A program made the position numbers and the translations under genes. The notes under the pieces are model-generated. The model was given only the letters and a program-made list of their open reading frames with translations, made no database searches and was not told the DNA's origin. Shown here piece by piece: positions 33,839-47,150 of a DNA stretch of 64,000 nucleotides (positions within the stretch are counted from its first letter, which is position 1; each line of letters starts with the position of its first letter). Location: contig MU058059.1 of NCBI GenBank assembly GCA_013265495.1, positions 3,695,502 through 3,759,501 on the forward strand, read 5' to 3'. This stretch comes from Vicugna vicugna (lineage: Eukaryota).

Positions 33839-36800
33839 TAGAAATAAAGATTTTAATTCTTTAGACTATGACTAGAATTAAGGAAGTGTAAGTATTAAAA
33901 AGGATCTCCTGTTCTACACAGTAAATACACATAAGCACCAGAAAGAACTGATGCCAGTGTCATTTATATAAAGGGGTTCAGATATCTTTAGGTGTCTGTC
34001 TGTCTTTCTGTCTGTCATATAAAGGCAAGTTAAATACTCACCCGGCTGTGACCTTCCACGCCCACCTGAGTCCTCAGTCCACGGTTCTGAATCACTTTCG
34101 AGATTTGAGGCACTGTTGTTTCTGATCACTGTGGTTCACAGTGACTTGTGTCCAGCCTTTCTCAGAAATGCAGACCTGGGGTGGTAGGGAGGGGGTGGGG
34201 CAGCAGCGGGAGGAGGGTGGGACGTGAGAGCGCAGCGGGGGGAGATGCTGCACAGAAACCACTGCTGCCCAGAAACTCGGCTGTGTCTCCCACACTGTCA
34301 GTTTATTCCAAAGGAAACCGCTGTTGACTGCGACGCAGATACCCCACTACTAGAGGCAGTAAAATGTTGTCTGTGAACTGAAACAAAGCCAACCCAGCTC
34401 GATGGACTGGGGCAGTGTTGACCAGGATGATGAAGGCTCAGCTCTTCCTCGTCCCAGAGCAATAGAATTGAGACTCATGTTATAGAATATTTGTAATTAT
34501 CTTATGTGCTTTTGGTAGTTCTTTCCCTTTCCTGACAATTATGCACGCTTTTCCCCATCTGAGAGATTGGAGGAAAGCTCTGGCCTGCTCCCCTCCCACC
34601 CCAGCTGTCAGAGGTTTATGGCCTCCTTGTTTATACAGGCAAGGCCAGAATCCCTCCCCTAGAGACCTCGGGGGTGCATTGGGAAGATCCTAGAGCTAAC
34701 TCTAGGAATCTGTAGGAATAATATAATATCATGTCTTACAATGTTTAAAATGCAAGATAATTAAACACTTAATGACCCACTTGTGGTTTAGGACTTATGT
34801 ATCCTATAAGAATATTTTAATAATTATTTATATATTGAAAATTTTCACTCAACATTTCAATCAAAAACTTGCACATAAAATTTCCTGGGTCCGTGTCTGA
34901 ACATAAACACTGTTGCTATGTGTGTCAAGTGAAGTCTGGTTATGGAAGGTCTAGGTTGTTGTACGTTCAGGAAGCAAGTGTATGTGTGAGTTTGGCTTGA
35001 GGTTCAGTGTATGTCACCCCCTCACTCCACTCAATAACGTATGAAAAAAATCACAGGATTAGTTTCTGGGTGTGGACGAGGGCCAACTCAAAGGAACCCA
35101 GAGGGCTTTATTAGATTTACCCCAACCTCCCCCCGGGGGTGGTATGTTCACGTGTATGCAGCACCCACCAAACGCCAAAAATACTTTCAGAAGTGCCCTG
35201 GGACCCTGCCACCTCCTAGAGAATGCTGGTCATCCGTGTGTTCTTCAGTGGACTGTGCTTGTTTACTGTTCCAGGGCAGTGAAGGCCCTCTCCGTGCGTC
35301 TCACGGCCTCGGCTCCGTCTGTCCCGCCAGGCTTCCGTGTCACCCCGGCTGCGGTTTGCAGAGCTGAGCACATAGTATCTGGGCCATGTAACCGACCCTG
35401 GTGCCAACACACGTTTCTTTCCCACTACTCTTCACTCTTCAGTAAAGGGGGAGACTGGCTGGTGGAAGTGTCTGGGCTCCTTCAAGCTCTTCTCAGGCTT
35501 TATGGTCCCTGTAACCCAAGTGCCCTGAACAGAGTGGTCATGTGGTTACAGTCAGACGAGGGCTTTATCCCTATGCATCAGCTGGGCAGTCATGTCTGGG
35601 GTATGTGTGTTTACACAGCGTCATGATGGAAATGGGGAACTCGGAATGATCCGGGGATGGGGGTGGGGGCTCTGCACGGACAGGCAGTGTGGCCAGATCA
35701 CTGCCGGCCACAGCATCAACTCCGAGTGATACCGGGCCCACTGGTCACCCCCACCCCCAGCCTGAGACCCGTGGCCCCGTCTGCCTGCAGCAAGAACCTG
35801 ACAGCTCTGCATGTGAGCTGTGGCCTCTGTCTTGTGGGAAATGGCCACGGCTGTCATCGGGACATCGGGGAGGAGTCCACGACAAAAGGAGAGTCGGGGT
35901 CCTCCCCTTGCAAGGCCTGGCAGCTGCGGAAAACACAGAGTTGTTCTGAAGTTCGAGGGGGCAGCTTTTCCCCCACCTGCTGTGGGCTAGGGGAATCCGT
36001 GTGGTCCTTGGAAGGCTGCCCAGGCCTCTTGTTTAAGTAGTGCGCATGTGCACTTTTGGTGCAGCTATTTATAAGCACGCTTAGCCCTCGGTCACCATCC
36101 TTATTAAAGACACAAATACTTTACCTCTTAGCAAAGATGAAAATAGTTTTCACAGATTTCCTGGCGGGCGGCAATACAGCCTAGCCAACCCCTTTCATCT
36201 GCAGATTTCAGCCTCATAAAGTATTGATCTAGAGAACAGAACTTGTTTCAGAGTCACGTTCCCGAAAAGTATAAAACCAGCTTGACGAGGGCTGGGGGTG
36301 CGTGCCTTCACCTCAGGATATTTTGAACGTGCCTGAGGCTTTGTTGAGTGGTGCTGAAACAGAAGGTGGTGGTAGGATAAAAGAGATGCAGGACCAGCGT
36401 GTGATGCTTTATGCGGGAGCACAGCACCTCTTGCCGGTTGCTTGGTTACCCACCTTAGCTAGGTACTAACTGCTTGACAGACCCCTTCTGGCTCCAGACC
36501 ACAAGCTCATAGCAAAACTCTGTTGGTCCTAGACAGGCCGTAGACTGTGGATGGGAATCCGGCTGTATCTGAAGGCAGAACATAGTGATTAAAGCAGGAC
36601 TCTCCTGGGGGAGCAGGACAGGGCAGGGGTTGGGGGAGGGAAGCCCTGTCTGTGGATGCGTTAGGGAAGACAGGTTCTTCGTTGGCTGGGACTTAATGAA
36701 AACAGAGAAACGAGGAGGATTTTTCAAGGAGCAAGATAATAACCTCTTTTCCTGGCTGGGTCTCTGCCACTGTTCTAGCACCGCACGGCCCCTTCCTTCG

Positions 36801-38169
36801 CTCTGTGAATGTGGCCTGCAGGCTTAGAGCACCGCAGCCACCTCTTCCCCTGCTTCCTGTGAGCTGAACAGCTGCGTTTCTGTTTAGCACTCAGGGTGGC
36901 AGGGTTCCTAGAGATGGGCCGCGATGTATATACTTTAAGCTGTAACGCACCCGTTTGGTGATTAACCTGTAGCACGAGGAGTAGGATGCAGAGGTTCAAG
37001 TAACAGACCTAACATGCAGTGGAATTTGTTCTTCCGTTGGAAGGCTGGTTCCGGGACTGCTGACGCAGGGCGCTGCGGGCCATTGGTTTGTTCACAGATT
37101 TGCAGGCCCTGAGCAGGCGGGACACTCGCGCGCGGTCACCAGCTTAGACATCCCGCTGCTGCCGCCAGCCAAGGTCCTGCCTCCCACGTGCTGCAGCTCG
37201 CTCTCTTTTGACATCTGTGCCAGGTCATCAACTCAGCCACCCCACTTGTCTCCCTGCCTTACGGAGAGCACCCGGCTCCCACCAGCCCCACCCTGACACC
37301 ACAGTCCGAGTCCACCCACCTGAAGACCCACACTCCCTCTGCAGCGCCAGGTGTCTGGGGGCTGCCAGCCTCCCTTCCCCGTCAAGCTGTCTTCCTGCAG
37401 CGATAGCCTCCACGGTGCATCAGAGAGCTTCCTCGGGGCCCCTGGGTTGGGGCTGTGAGGCTGCCAAGGAGAAAGGCAGGGCACACGCGGCCCCAGAGCT
37501 GCAGGCTCCAACCTGGGAACCTGGTTTTCCTCTAGTGTTTGCTCCACACGAATTCACAAGACCAGTCCACAGATAAGGTCACACCTCAGCAGCTGAGGTC
37601 CTTAACTTGCCTGTTCAGGAAACAAATGCCAGGAGCAGGGGTGAGGAGACGAACACCACCCTTGGCCCTACCAGCAGGGACTATTGTTACTGTTAATTGT
37701 TTCTAACTCATGCCTGTTGCAGTTCCATCAGAGTAATGCTTCTTTTACTCGACAGTGTGATTTGCAACACAGGCAGAGTAGGGCTAACTGCCCCCTCAAA
37801 TGCCGGCCCTTTGCCACTGCCCGCTGGTTAAGCTGCACTTTTCTCAGCCTGGGTCTGATCTGCCGCTCCAGGGCGCTGCGTCAGCCTGGGTGTTGGCAGC
37901 AGAGGAACGGGCTGGTCGTGAACCCAAACTGGAAAGGTGGGTCTGGGTGGTGCCTGGTGTGTGGAATTGCTGCACATCCACCACCCTGGGAGGAGAGCCG
38001 GTCCCAGCCCTCTCGTTGCTCTCAGATTCTGAGAAAGACGCAAACCATCAGATTCTTTGTCTTGTGGGATATGTTAGACTTACTGAAAATAAACTTTTTG
38101 TTTAAATCAAAGAGTGATACCCACACAGAAAACTGCGTGGCTGTTGTGAGTACCGCCCAGTGACTTCTT

Positions 38170-39050
38170 ACAAACTGTTCTTAACCTATGTAACCAGCTC
38201 CGGAGCAAGATGCGGAGCATCCCAGAGACTCCCGAGGGTCCCCTGTGAGGTGCTGCTGCCTTCCCCGAGTGGCCGCTCTCCAGACCCCCACCCCCTGGAC
38301 TCGTGGTCTCTGGTTTTGGATGCTGTGTTAATAGAGCCGTGCAGGTTGTGCTCTTTTGTGCCTGGTCCTTCTCTGATCATCGCCCTGGGTGATTGGTCTG
38401 GGCTGCTGTACGCCACATGGGTGGAAGTTCGCTCGTTTTAATTTCATTTCTAAACAGAATTCTGCTGTGTGGACATACCACGGACACCGTATGTACCCAT
38501 CCTGCAGTCAGTGGGCATTTCGGTCACGTCCTGTCTTCTGAGTTTTAGGAACAGAGCTGCTCTGAATGCGTCTACAGCAGGCACGTACGTGTGTTTCTGT
38601 TGGCCACATACCTGCGGGTGCAGTTGCTTGGTCACAGGGTGTATGTATTTCCAACTTAGGTGCAAACTGCCACACAGCCTTTGGAGAGCTAGAACCACCA
38701 TACTTCCGCTCAGCAGGATGTGAGAGCTCCGACTGCTCTACATCCTTGTCGGCACCTGGTCCTGTCTCTGTGTGTTGCCATCCAGCCGGGTGTGTCCTGC
38801 TGTCCTGTTGGGCTTTGCCTGGCGTTTCCCTGATGACTAATAACATCGAACATCTTGTTATAGATCTGTTGAGCATTTGGGTATCCTTTTTCTGTGAAGT
38901 GCCTATTTAGGATTCTGCCCACTTTAAAAAAAATTTTAGTGCCTTCCTTTTTCTTGCTTGTTGGAGCTCTTTTTGTACCCTGAGTTTGAGAGTCCTTTGT
39001 CAGATAGATGTTTGAAAAATAGCTTCTGTGGCCTGGCACCCTCATTATTG
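38170..39050 (-). mobile_element. Old L1 (L1ME/L1MC-like) ORF2 C-terminus plus 3'UTR
   Basis: Minus ORF 38508-38876 contains RCSMLLVIRE...KDVEQSELSH...AVWQFAPKLEIHTPCDQA, matching the L1 ORF2 cysteine-rich C-terminal region. DNA motif TTTCCCTGATGACTAATAACATCGAACATCTT. Confidence 0.85.
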
Positions 39051-40050
39051 AGACATCGGTGAAATTCCAGTTTGCTGTTAGGTAAATCATTATGAAACTT
39101 CTTTATCTCTAGGAATGCACATGTGTGGCATTAGGCCAGCTACCTCAGCTTTCCCCAGTGCTTGTTTGCATGCCCCATCTTCCCCCTCCTTTCATTCCTT
39201 CTTTGTTGTGGCTGGACCAGACCTTGTGGTTCTTGTTATGATTGCAGGACACATCTCAGCGACAACCATCAGGGAACTCTGGAAAAATAGATTTTTCACT
39301 CGCAGGTCCTGGAGGACACATGGCACACCTCGGGCCGCACATCAGTGTTGGGATAGGGAGCCCCATGCTGCATGACCTGACTCTCCCCAGAGTCAGAGCC
39401 GCAGGGTGGGAGATGCTGCTTGTGGAGGGGCTGCCTGGCCAGCGGGTGCTGGAGCCCTCTGCCGAGTCTCAGCCCTTCGGTGCTGGGCAAGCTAAAATCG
39501 TCTTAGACCGATGTGACGTTCCAGTGTCAGCTTTCCACCAGCCAGCTCATGGGACCATGGGAACATCTAACTGTGGGACAGGCCCTCTTACTGTAGTCAC
39601 ACCACCCAGAGGGGAAGTGACAGGGAATGGACCTCAAGTCAGTATTTTCACGTGGAATCTCAAATTTCCCAGGCCAGCCAGGTCCCGCCCTATGGATGCT
39701 TGTTTTCCTAGGCTGAGGGGCTGGGCCTCCCCAGGGGACACATACTCAGGCTGCTGTTGTATGCATCACCTGCTATCGTCCTGGGCCACACCTGTACCCT
39801 GAGCTGTGCCCTGGGACTTGGGTGCTTTGCTAGAGGGACTTCTCTTGGAGGCAAAAGAGAAATGGTGACTCTTCCCCTCTGCCTGATGCTGTCTTTCATT
39901 CACTTCCCTCAAGCCCTGTGTGTTTGCCTGATTCTTAGAGAGTCACTCTGACCTCCAGCGCAAGCTCCTTTGCTTTCACAGTGAATTTTCCAAGAATCTT
40001 CTTTTGGTGCCAGTTTCAGTCCTCACCCGTGTCTTCAGTGCATGACTTCC

Positions 40051-40293
40051 CTGAGAGAGGCGTGGTGGCCGAGTGCTGAAGTGCACGTTTGGGAATCGGA
40101 TGCCTGGTTCTGCTCAGTTCTGCACTTAGTGGTGTGTGATCATGAGCCACTTACCTCTGTGGGCCCCAGTTTTCTCATCTGTTAAATGGGGATATGATGG
40201 GAATTTAAGATTGTTGGGAGATCTAATGAGATAATAATTGCAAAAGACTTAACTACAGTGCAGAGCAGTGCTTAATAAATGGTAGTTACTGTT
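40051..40293 (+). mobile_element. MIR SINE, near full length
   Basis: GAGAGGCGTGGTGGCCGAGTGCTG...CCCCAGTTTTCTCATCTGTTAAATGGGGAT...GTGCTTAATAAATGGTAGTTACTGTT. Confidence 0.85.
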
Positions 40294-40769
40294 GTTGGCT
40301 TGGTCCTGAGCTTGTTACCACAGATTTAAACTCAGATACTACTGTAGCTGTGGAATTGAATCTTTTCTTGTGAAGTTTTGCAAGAACATGTAAGGATGTT
40401 TTAAGACTAGATCCTGTCACCTTCTATCCTGCTCAGAACTTACAAAATCAATAACGTGGGTTGCCTTCAGATCTCTTCTCCCAGTGTCATCACCAAAGAG
40501 CCAGCTGAAGCTCCCTCTCCCCAGGAACTTTCTTGGTGTTTCCAGCAGGGGGTCACCCTCCCCGCTGAGCACTGCAGCACTCACCTTCCACCTCATGTGG
40601 GGAGCCGATGGCCGAGGCGCACAGCTCACTGCCCTAAGACACCAGACTCTCAGAGCAGGCGGGGGGTGGAGGTGGGGCGTGGATGTATGGTTTCATGCTC
40701 TGGGCAGATTTCCCTGTAGCTTGGGGAGTGTGCCTGACTAGTGCAGATCAGGGGATTTGTCGTAAAGCA

Positions 40770-40915
40770 GACCTGGAATCAAGTCCTGTCTCTGTTAACT
40801 ATTGTGTCTCGGGAATATGGGGTGATGGGTTCTTACTTCTCAGGGAGGCTGTGAGGATTAAACAATAGCTCAGCACAGTGCTGGGCATACAGTAAGTGCC
40901 CAATAAACAGTAACT
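40770..40915 (+). mobile_element. MIR SINE fragment
   Basis: CTTCTCAGGGAGGCTGTGAGGATTAAA...GCACAGTGCTGGGCATACAGTAAGTGCCCAATAAA. Confidence 0.75.
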
Positions 40916-43874
40916 GGAGGCAGGCAATACTGATTGATGAATTAATTACATTAACAGATCGGAGGGACACCTGAGATGTTGGCCATGTCCCTTCAGGGTC
41001 TGCAGCCTGAAAGCCAGCTTCCCTTCACCAGATCGTGCTCACTGACCGCCTCCGTGAGCGTGTGCTTAGCTGAGGGCAGTTCAAGAGGGAGTCCACAGAC
41101 CTGGTCTTGCTCTGCTGCCCCCACGGCCAGTCATTAAGCAAGTGCCAGTGAATCAGCAAGGGCCGCTTATGAAAAACAGACTGGCCAGGAGGAGCCTGTC
41201 GTGTTTAATACGTTGCAGACCCAGCGAATTGTGAAAATAAATTAAGGCCCGAGATGCTATTGTTTTCTGAAGCCCTTAGAAAAATTCATTCTCTTTCAAC
41301 CATGGGGCGAGGCAATATGGTTTAAAACTATGTGATGCTTTAAACATGACAGCATTTTTCTGCAGTTTTTCTGATGACTTGCACCCATCTTGAGAGCATC
41401 ACAGGCATTTTCTTTTGTTTTTCCAACAATATAGTGACTTAAAGGCAAATCTTGACAGTCATAAACAGCCTTAATTAATGTCAAAAGCACCATAGATCAT
41501 ATTTATGCATAGAAATGGAACATTTTCTGGCGGGTGGAATGGAAACCTCCTGGGGGGATGTATGGTGTACGAGGTGGAGTTGTAGCCTGCAGTGAGGAGG
41601 GGGCCTTTTGGCCAGCAGCTTCCAGACTCTTCCAACTGGGTCTCCCCTGATGGCCTCAGGCCCATTGGGCTCCGTGTACTCAGGCCCTTCGCTTCAAGGA
41701 TATGCTGCCCAGGGTGGCCTGGCTGAACGTCCCCAGTCCTGGAACGCGATGGTCAGGAGAGCCGCTGCCTCCACGTGGTAATAAAGGTCCCCAGGCCGTG
41801 CTGCTTCCAGATTGGCTGTGTTAACTCTGACTCATCCCACCCCTTCCTCCATTGGCTGCCAGGGTATATCCCCCTGCCCCACCCAAACCAGTCTGAGCTG
41901 GAGCCTCACCTAGACGTGGCCTGTGAGATACACTCTCTGTTAGATAGATGGGCAGGCCCTCTGCTGCTAATGCTTCAGGTCTCAAGGGCCTCCTCTCTCC
42001 CTCTGCCCACGGCCTTACCATTCCCTCTGCTCCAAACCACAGGCCCAGCGTGAGCAATGGAACAGACAGTGGACTAGAGATGATAGCTAGGATCCTCCAG
42101 GTCATGCTCAGCCCCAGACACTGGAAAAGGGAGTGACTACGAGGGGAAACCCCTCAGTTTCCTCTGGTCAAGCCTTGTCTCCGCTTTTGTCTGTGTGTAT
42201 AGAAGTTTCCTAGAGAGGGGTCCCTGCATGCCTCTCCAGACCTTCTTCTCAGCCTGTTTTGTCCTCCTGCACTCCATCCAGTTCAGCCCGGTCTAGTCCA
42301 GTTAACAAGCTGATCAGCACTGGGACACAGCCACTGGGCCCCTGGGTCTCTGCCTTAAAGAGCTCAATTAACTGCTGTAGTAATTTGCTACCATAAACTT
42401 ATACATGTTAATTTTAGAAAAGCTGAAAGCTAGAGCAAAGCACAAAAATGGGAGATAAAAATCACCTTCAATCACACTCAGATTCCACCTTGATAATTTT
42501 ACTACATACATGTAGGTATGTATATAGTACATATACCCACACATTTGGATTCTGTGTTTACATGTTGCCTTGCTTCCTGCCTTACTCATGAGAGCTCTGT
42601 CCAGGCATTCCCTGTCTTTTCGACTCTCAGTTTCCCACCTGCAGCTGCAATGGACGGCAGCGTCGTCTGTTTCTCTTGTGAGTGTGTTCAAAGGCTGATG
42701 CAGAAGTAGATCGTCACTGTGAGCTGTTCATCTTCCTGTACCTACACTTTTATCACTGTGTCTCCTGAGACTGAGTCCACGGTAGGCTCCTAATGAGAGT
42801 GACTCTGTCTTCAGTCCTGGGCGTGTTGTGTGTCCACGGGAGAGACCCATGTTCTCTCATAGCCTGGCTTGTTGGGAGATTCACCCTGGGCTCTGAGACA
42901 AAGGGTTAACCAGAGCCAAGGGTCACAGTGCTCTCAAAAACGCAGCAGAGGGGCCTCAGAGCCTCTTCCCAAGGAGCAGGCAGTTAAGAGGAGCCTTATC
43001 TGTGAGAGCAATCATCAGGAAAAGCTGTACGTTTTCTGCACTACAAAGGCGCTGCCTTCTTCTCTTTGGCTCTGACAGGAGCTCTAGAGATCAAGAAAAC
43101 TGTTGGCCACAGTTCTAAAAACTCCAGATAAAGGCTTTGATTTGCTAATTAAATTTTTGCTATCTGCATTTGATATCTCAGCCAAATTGTATCCGCTTCA
43201 GGAAGAACAAGAAAGCCCCTCACTTCAAAGGGGCGCCCACTCCTCTGTGACCTGTAATTATGGAATTTACTGCGGGGGAAGAGATGTCTGGGACGCACCT
43301 GCAGCCCCCGCGCCCCGCACACTGCCCCCAGTGATAGAGCTCGTCTTTGGATGCCAAGGGGCCGGGCTCCCGGCGGGCGCAGAGGGGCCGAGCCTGCACC
43401 TGGCCCGGAGGTGCCCGGCCCCGCCCACCCCGAGAGAACCAGCCCCCTTATTGAAGTAAGAGAGGTCACCTGCTGCCTTTGGGCTCCAGGTAGGTCTCAC
43501 CCTTTCCCCAGAGATTGGCAGGGGCCAGGCCACCCTCTGCCCTTTTGTTCCCTCCGGGGCGAGGACTTTATTAAGGCTATATATATAGAGGTCCCTCTAT
43601 AGGGCTGCTTCCCCAGAGGAACACATTGACCAGTCAGCACCGGCCACTTTTCACAGAAATACAATCGAGATCTGCAGGCTGTCTGTTGGGCTGCGTCTCT
43701 ACTGTGTGGAATAGCTTTGCTTCGGCTGTAAGCAAAGCGGAGCCTGGTTTCGAGATTCCTTAGCAGTTCCGCACGTCTTTCTGGTGGACTCATTCCAATG
43801 CCGGCTGTGGTTTTACTAGTTTTTCTTATTTTCCTTCATCTTTATTTTTAAAATTCAAAGTTGATACTATTGTT

Positions 43875-43981
43875 ATAAATTAAAAAAATTTTTTTCTTTA
43901 ATGGAGGTACTGGGGATTGAACCCAAGACCTCGTGCACACCAAGTACTGCACTCTACCATTGAGCTATACCCTGTACCTGG
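43875..43981 (-). mobile_element. Camelid tRNA-Ala-derived SINE, short form, with target-site duplication
   Basis: TGGAGGTACTGGGGATTGAACCCAAGACCTC...GAGCTATACCC with a T-rich tail. TSD TACTATTGTT at 43865-43874 and 43982-43991. Confidence 0.9.
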
Positions 43982-44729
43982 TACTATTGTTTTGAATACA
44001 AAAAAACCCCAACTCCCTCCAAACCATTTAGGAAAGATGCAGAAGTATGAACAAGCTGGTCAGAAAGTACAAAATTCAATTAAGAAAGCAATTTAGGATC
44101 TATACAATTTTCATAGAATAGATTGGTATGGATTTTTTCCCAGAGGAAAGGGTTAGTTGTTTTGACCCAAAGTGGAAGAAAAAGTGGAGGGACAAAAGAA
44201 ACTTTCTAGTGACCGTATGCTGCATTAAAGGGCACAGTCTAACGTGACAAATACACGTGGAGGTGTTGATCCAGGTTTGAAAACACAGGCTTGCTGGTTA
44301 TCGGACCATGTCTGCCTTCTTCCCTCTCTCACCACCTGAGGCTACTCATCGTCATCCCCCCTGCTGCCCGGACTCTGCAGAGAACGAGTCTGGCCAGGCT
44401 TCTTCTGAAAAGCCGCATCAGAGTATCACTGGGAGACATTTCACGAAGAAGGAAGTTAATGGTGTCAGCATGTTCTGCCGCAGACCTTGTCACTTGAAGT
44501 AAGAACCTTTTTAGAAACCACAAACTCTCTCGTATGTTCTTGCCTGGAAGCCTGAACGAGAAGACACAGCAGCTGATCAGGAACCAGAGTCCACATCCAC
44601 TGCGAGGAAGAGAGACCAGTGGGGATGGCAGCAGTAGCCCCGGGAAGGGTGTGTGTGTGTGACTGTGACGTCAGGACACTCGCTGTCTCATAGACAAAAG
44701 CTGAGTAATCTGTTCTGGGACATTAATGT

Positions 44730-44960
44730 TACTACGTGGGTGTTACTACTTCTAGCGTTCATGAGCACTTCCAGGTTCCAGGTTCTGTACTGAGTAAGTT
44801 CTTGCCACCTATTTTCTCATTTAATCCTGACAATGACTTTGTGACTCAGATAGTTTTTTGTTTTGTTTTGTTTTGTTTTTTGCTGATGATCAGTAGGCTT
44901 GGAAAGGTCAACTTCTAACAAGGTCACACGGTGTCAAGGTTCGATCCCATGGAAGTCTCT
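44730..44960 (-). mobile_element. MIR SINE containing a short (GTTTT)n tract
   Basis: TTCTCATTTAATCCTGACAATGAC...AAGGTCACACGG matches the antisense MIR pattern. Confidence 0.7.
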
Positions 44961-46039
44961 TCCATGTTACCCTGTCCCCTAAGACAGGACAGCCTTCATA
45001 AGAAATAAAGATACCTGAATACTTACTGAAATGATACCGTATAGAGTAGCCAAGGCCACGTTTGTCCACATATTGAAGATAGACACATACTGTTATTTTT
45101 CCATTGAATTAACCTTATTATCCCAGGAATTTCTGCTCCTCTCCTTCAGATGATGATAATCCTGTTTATATTTGTCTGTAACCCACGAGCCATTTATTTT
45201 GCCAAGTTCAAGAAATAGTAACTTCAGATCACGAACAGCAAAAATCAGAGAAGGAAGACTAGTTATAGGAATAAGAGAGGAGACTATAGCAACTTGAAAT
45301 TCAAAAGCTCAAGAGGAAGATAAACGTCTTTTTAAACGTGTATGAAGTCAAGAAACCATAAACGAGAGAAGTAAAGGTTAAGCTACAGCGTCTTCCTGTA
45401 ATTGTGGGACTGAAGTGAAGAGTGGCTTCAGAATAGCATACGGTGGAAGCTGCATCCGAGGTGCTGTGCGTCATGAACTTTTTGTGTGGGTGAATCCAGA
45501 GGTGGGTTAACTAACCATGCCTATTGTGGGTTTAACATAAATGTTATAATTTTGTTTGTCCAAAACATGCCATTGTTCTCTTACATACTGGCCTCCATGA
45601 TTCATCAAGGAGGCAGGCACACAGCCGAGGTCAAGGATGTGGGGACTCCAAGGTGATGCTGTCTCTGAGCCCCAGAGAGGAGATGCTTCCTCCAGAGGGA
45701 TTTTACGATTTGACTCCACCCAGTGAAGGGAACAGCTCTCTTTTCCTTTTCCCTTTCTTCCATTTGCCCCCAAAACAAATGAGAACAAAACAACTCGTAA
45801 GTGAGAATGATGTCTGTGGGCAGGGGAGGTGCTATATGGAAAACAACCCAGGCTCCTGTACTCCTTCGTGATGACCACGAGGGGAATTAGTCACATGCTC
45901 ATGTTGTTTCTGATTTATAACCTGATGTGGCATCGTGCTCTATGTGGAATGAGGAATCCTAGCTGCTGCTGACTTAAGGCAAAACTCGGAGGTGCGGGGA
46001 TTCCCATGCACACCAGTTCCTAGGGGAGCTGTTTCCCAC

Positions 46040-46280
46040 CCCCTTGATATATGCATGGCTGTGTGACTTCTCTAGGCTACAAGCATGCGCTTTATTGCTG
46101 GTGTCTGCACTTCCTCTCCCCCTGTCATGGGAGTGGTGGGAGTCAAGAAGACACGGAGGTGCCCGAAGGTTGGGTCACGGTGCCTGCTCATGGAGGACGG
46201 CTGCCACAGAGTCATTCAGACCTGCAGGGGATGCTGCCTGAGTGAGAAATAAACTTTTGTTGTGCTGAACCCTTGAGGGG
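46040..46280 (+). mobile_element. MaLR LTR fragment (older MLT1H/I/J-like)
   Basis: GCATGGCTGTGTGACTT...CAGACCTGCAG...TGAGTGAGAAATAAACTTTTGTTGTGCTGAACCCTTGAG. Confidence 0.65.
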
Positions 46281-46639
46281 TGAGGGCAGAGAAGACCCCA
46301 CGGAGGACTGAGAGCTGGCCTTGAATCAATTTGGTTATTTTTCCCTCTGCATAGAATCAGTGGCCTTGAGAATCAATGGGATTTCATAGGAGTTTTTCTT
46401 ATAGAGTTATAGTGTATTACAGAGCCCCAGAAACTGAAGTCCTCATCTCCAGGAGTAGTAGCCAGGTGGTAGAAAATCTGGAAGATAGGACATATTTCAA
46501 TCAATGTGTTTTTCATTTCTCTTCCCCTTTCCAAGCTTCGTAACTAATGCTTATCTGTTCTGACCTGGGAGAATTGCCCCTCTTCCCTTGTGCTCAGGTG
46601 TGCACAGGTCCTTTTTTATACAGTCAGTGTTTGTTTGTG

Positions 46640-47150
46640 TGTAACCATGTGCTTACTGTTTGCTGTTCCTGGTCTTCTGTCTGGGAACATTTCCTTCTGC
46701 CAGAAGAAAGCCTCTTGGTGTTTCATTTAGTGGGGGTCTGCTTGCTGCCTGCATACTCGGGCTTTTGTTGGTATAAAGTGTCTTCATTCACCTTTCACCC
46801 TTGAAGAATATTTTTGCCATGTACCATGTGATACTAGGTTGGCAGGTGATTTCCTTCCGTCATTTGTAGTCATCATTCTGTTATTTTCTGCCTTCCATTG
46901 TTCTGTTGAAAATCAGCTCTCAGTCTGATTACAGCCCATTTGCAGTTACTTTGTCTTCTTTCTCTGGCTGATTGTAAGATTTTCTCTTTGTCTTTTTTGG
47001 TGTCCTGGAGTTTTATTGTGATATTTCCAGGTGTGTGTTTCTTTACAGTTATCTTGCTAGGGGTTTGCTGTACTTCTTGGTGGTGTGGATAAATTAATGC
47101 ATCATTCTTTGACTTGGCAAATGCTCTCTGAACACATGCCCCAGAGCTTG
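46640..47150 (-). mobile_element. Old L1 ORF1 fragment
   Basis: Minus ORF 46873-47244 contains QEVQQTPSKITVKKHTPGNITIKLQDTKKDKEKILQSARERRQ...IRLRADF, matching L1 ORF1p (QEAQRTP...TPRHIIIKL..KDKEKILKAAREK...IRLTADF). Confidence 0.88.

Noticed and set aside
40542-40557. CTCF-like motifs (also about 964-980 and 62606-62622)
   Set aside because: Each has mismatches at high-information positions and cannot be supported without ChIP data.
44308-44502. MSAFFPLSPP... as the N-terminus of a known protein
   Set aside because: I do not recognise it, and its phase-2 donor gives early stops with the downstream candidate exons I tested (57382, 63419). Kept only as a possible uORF.
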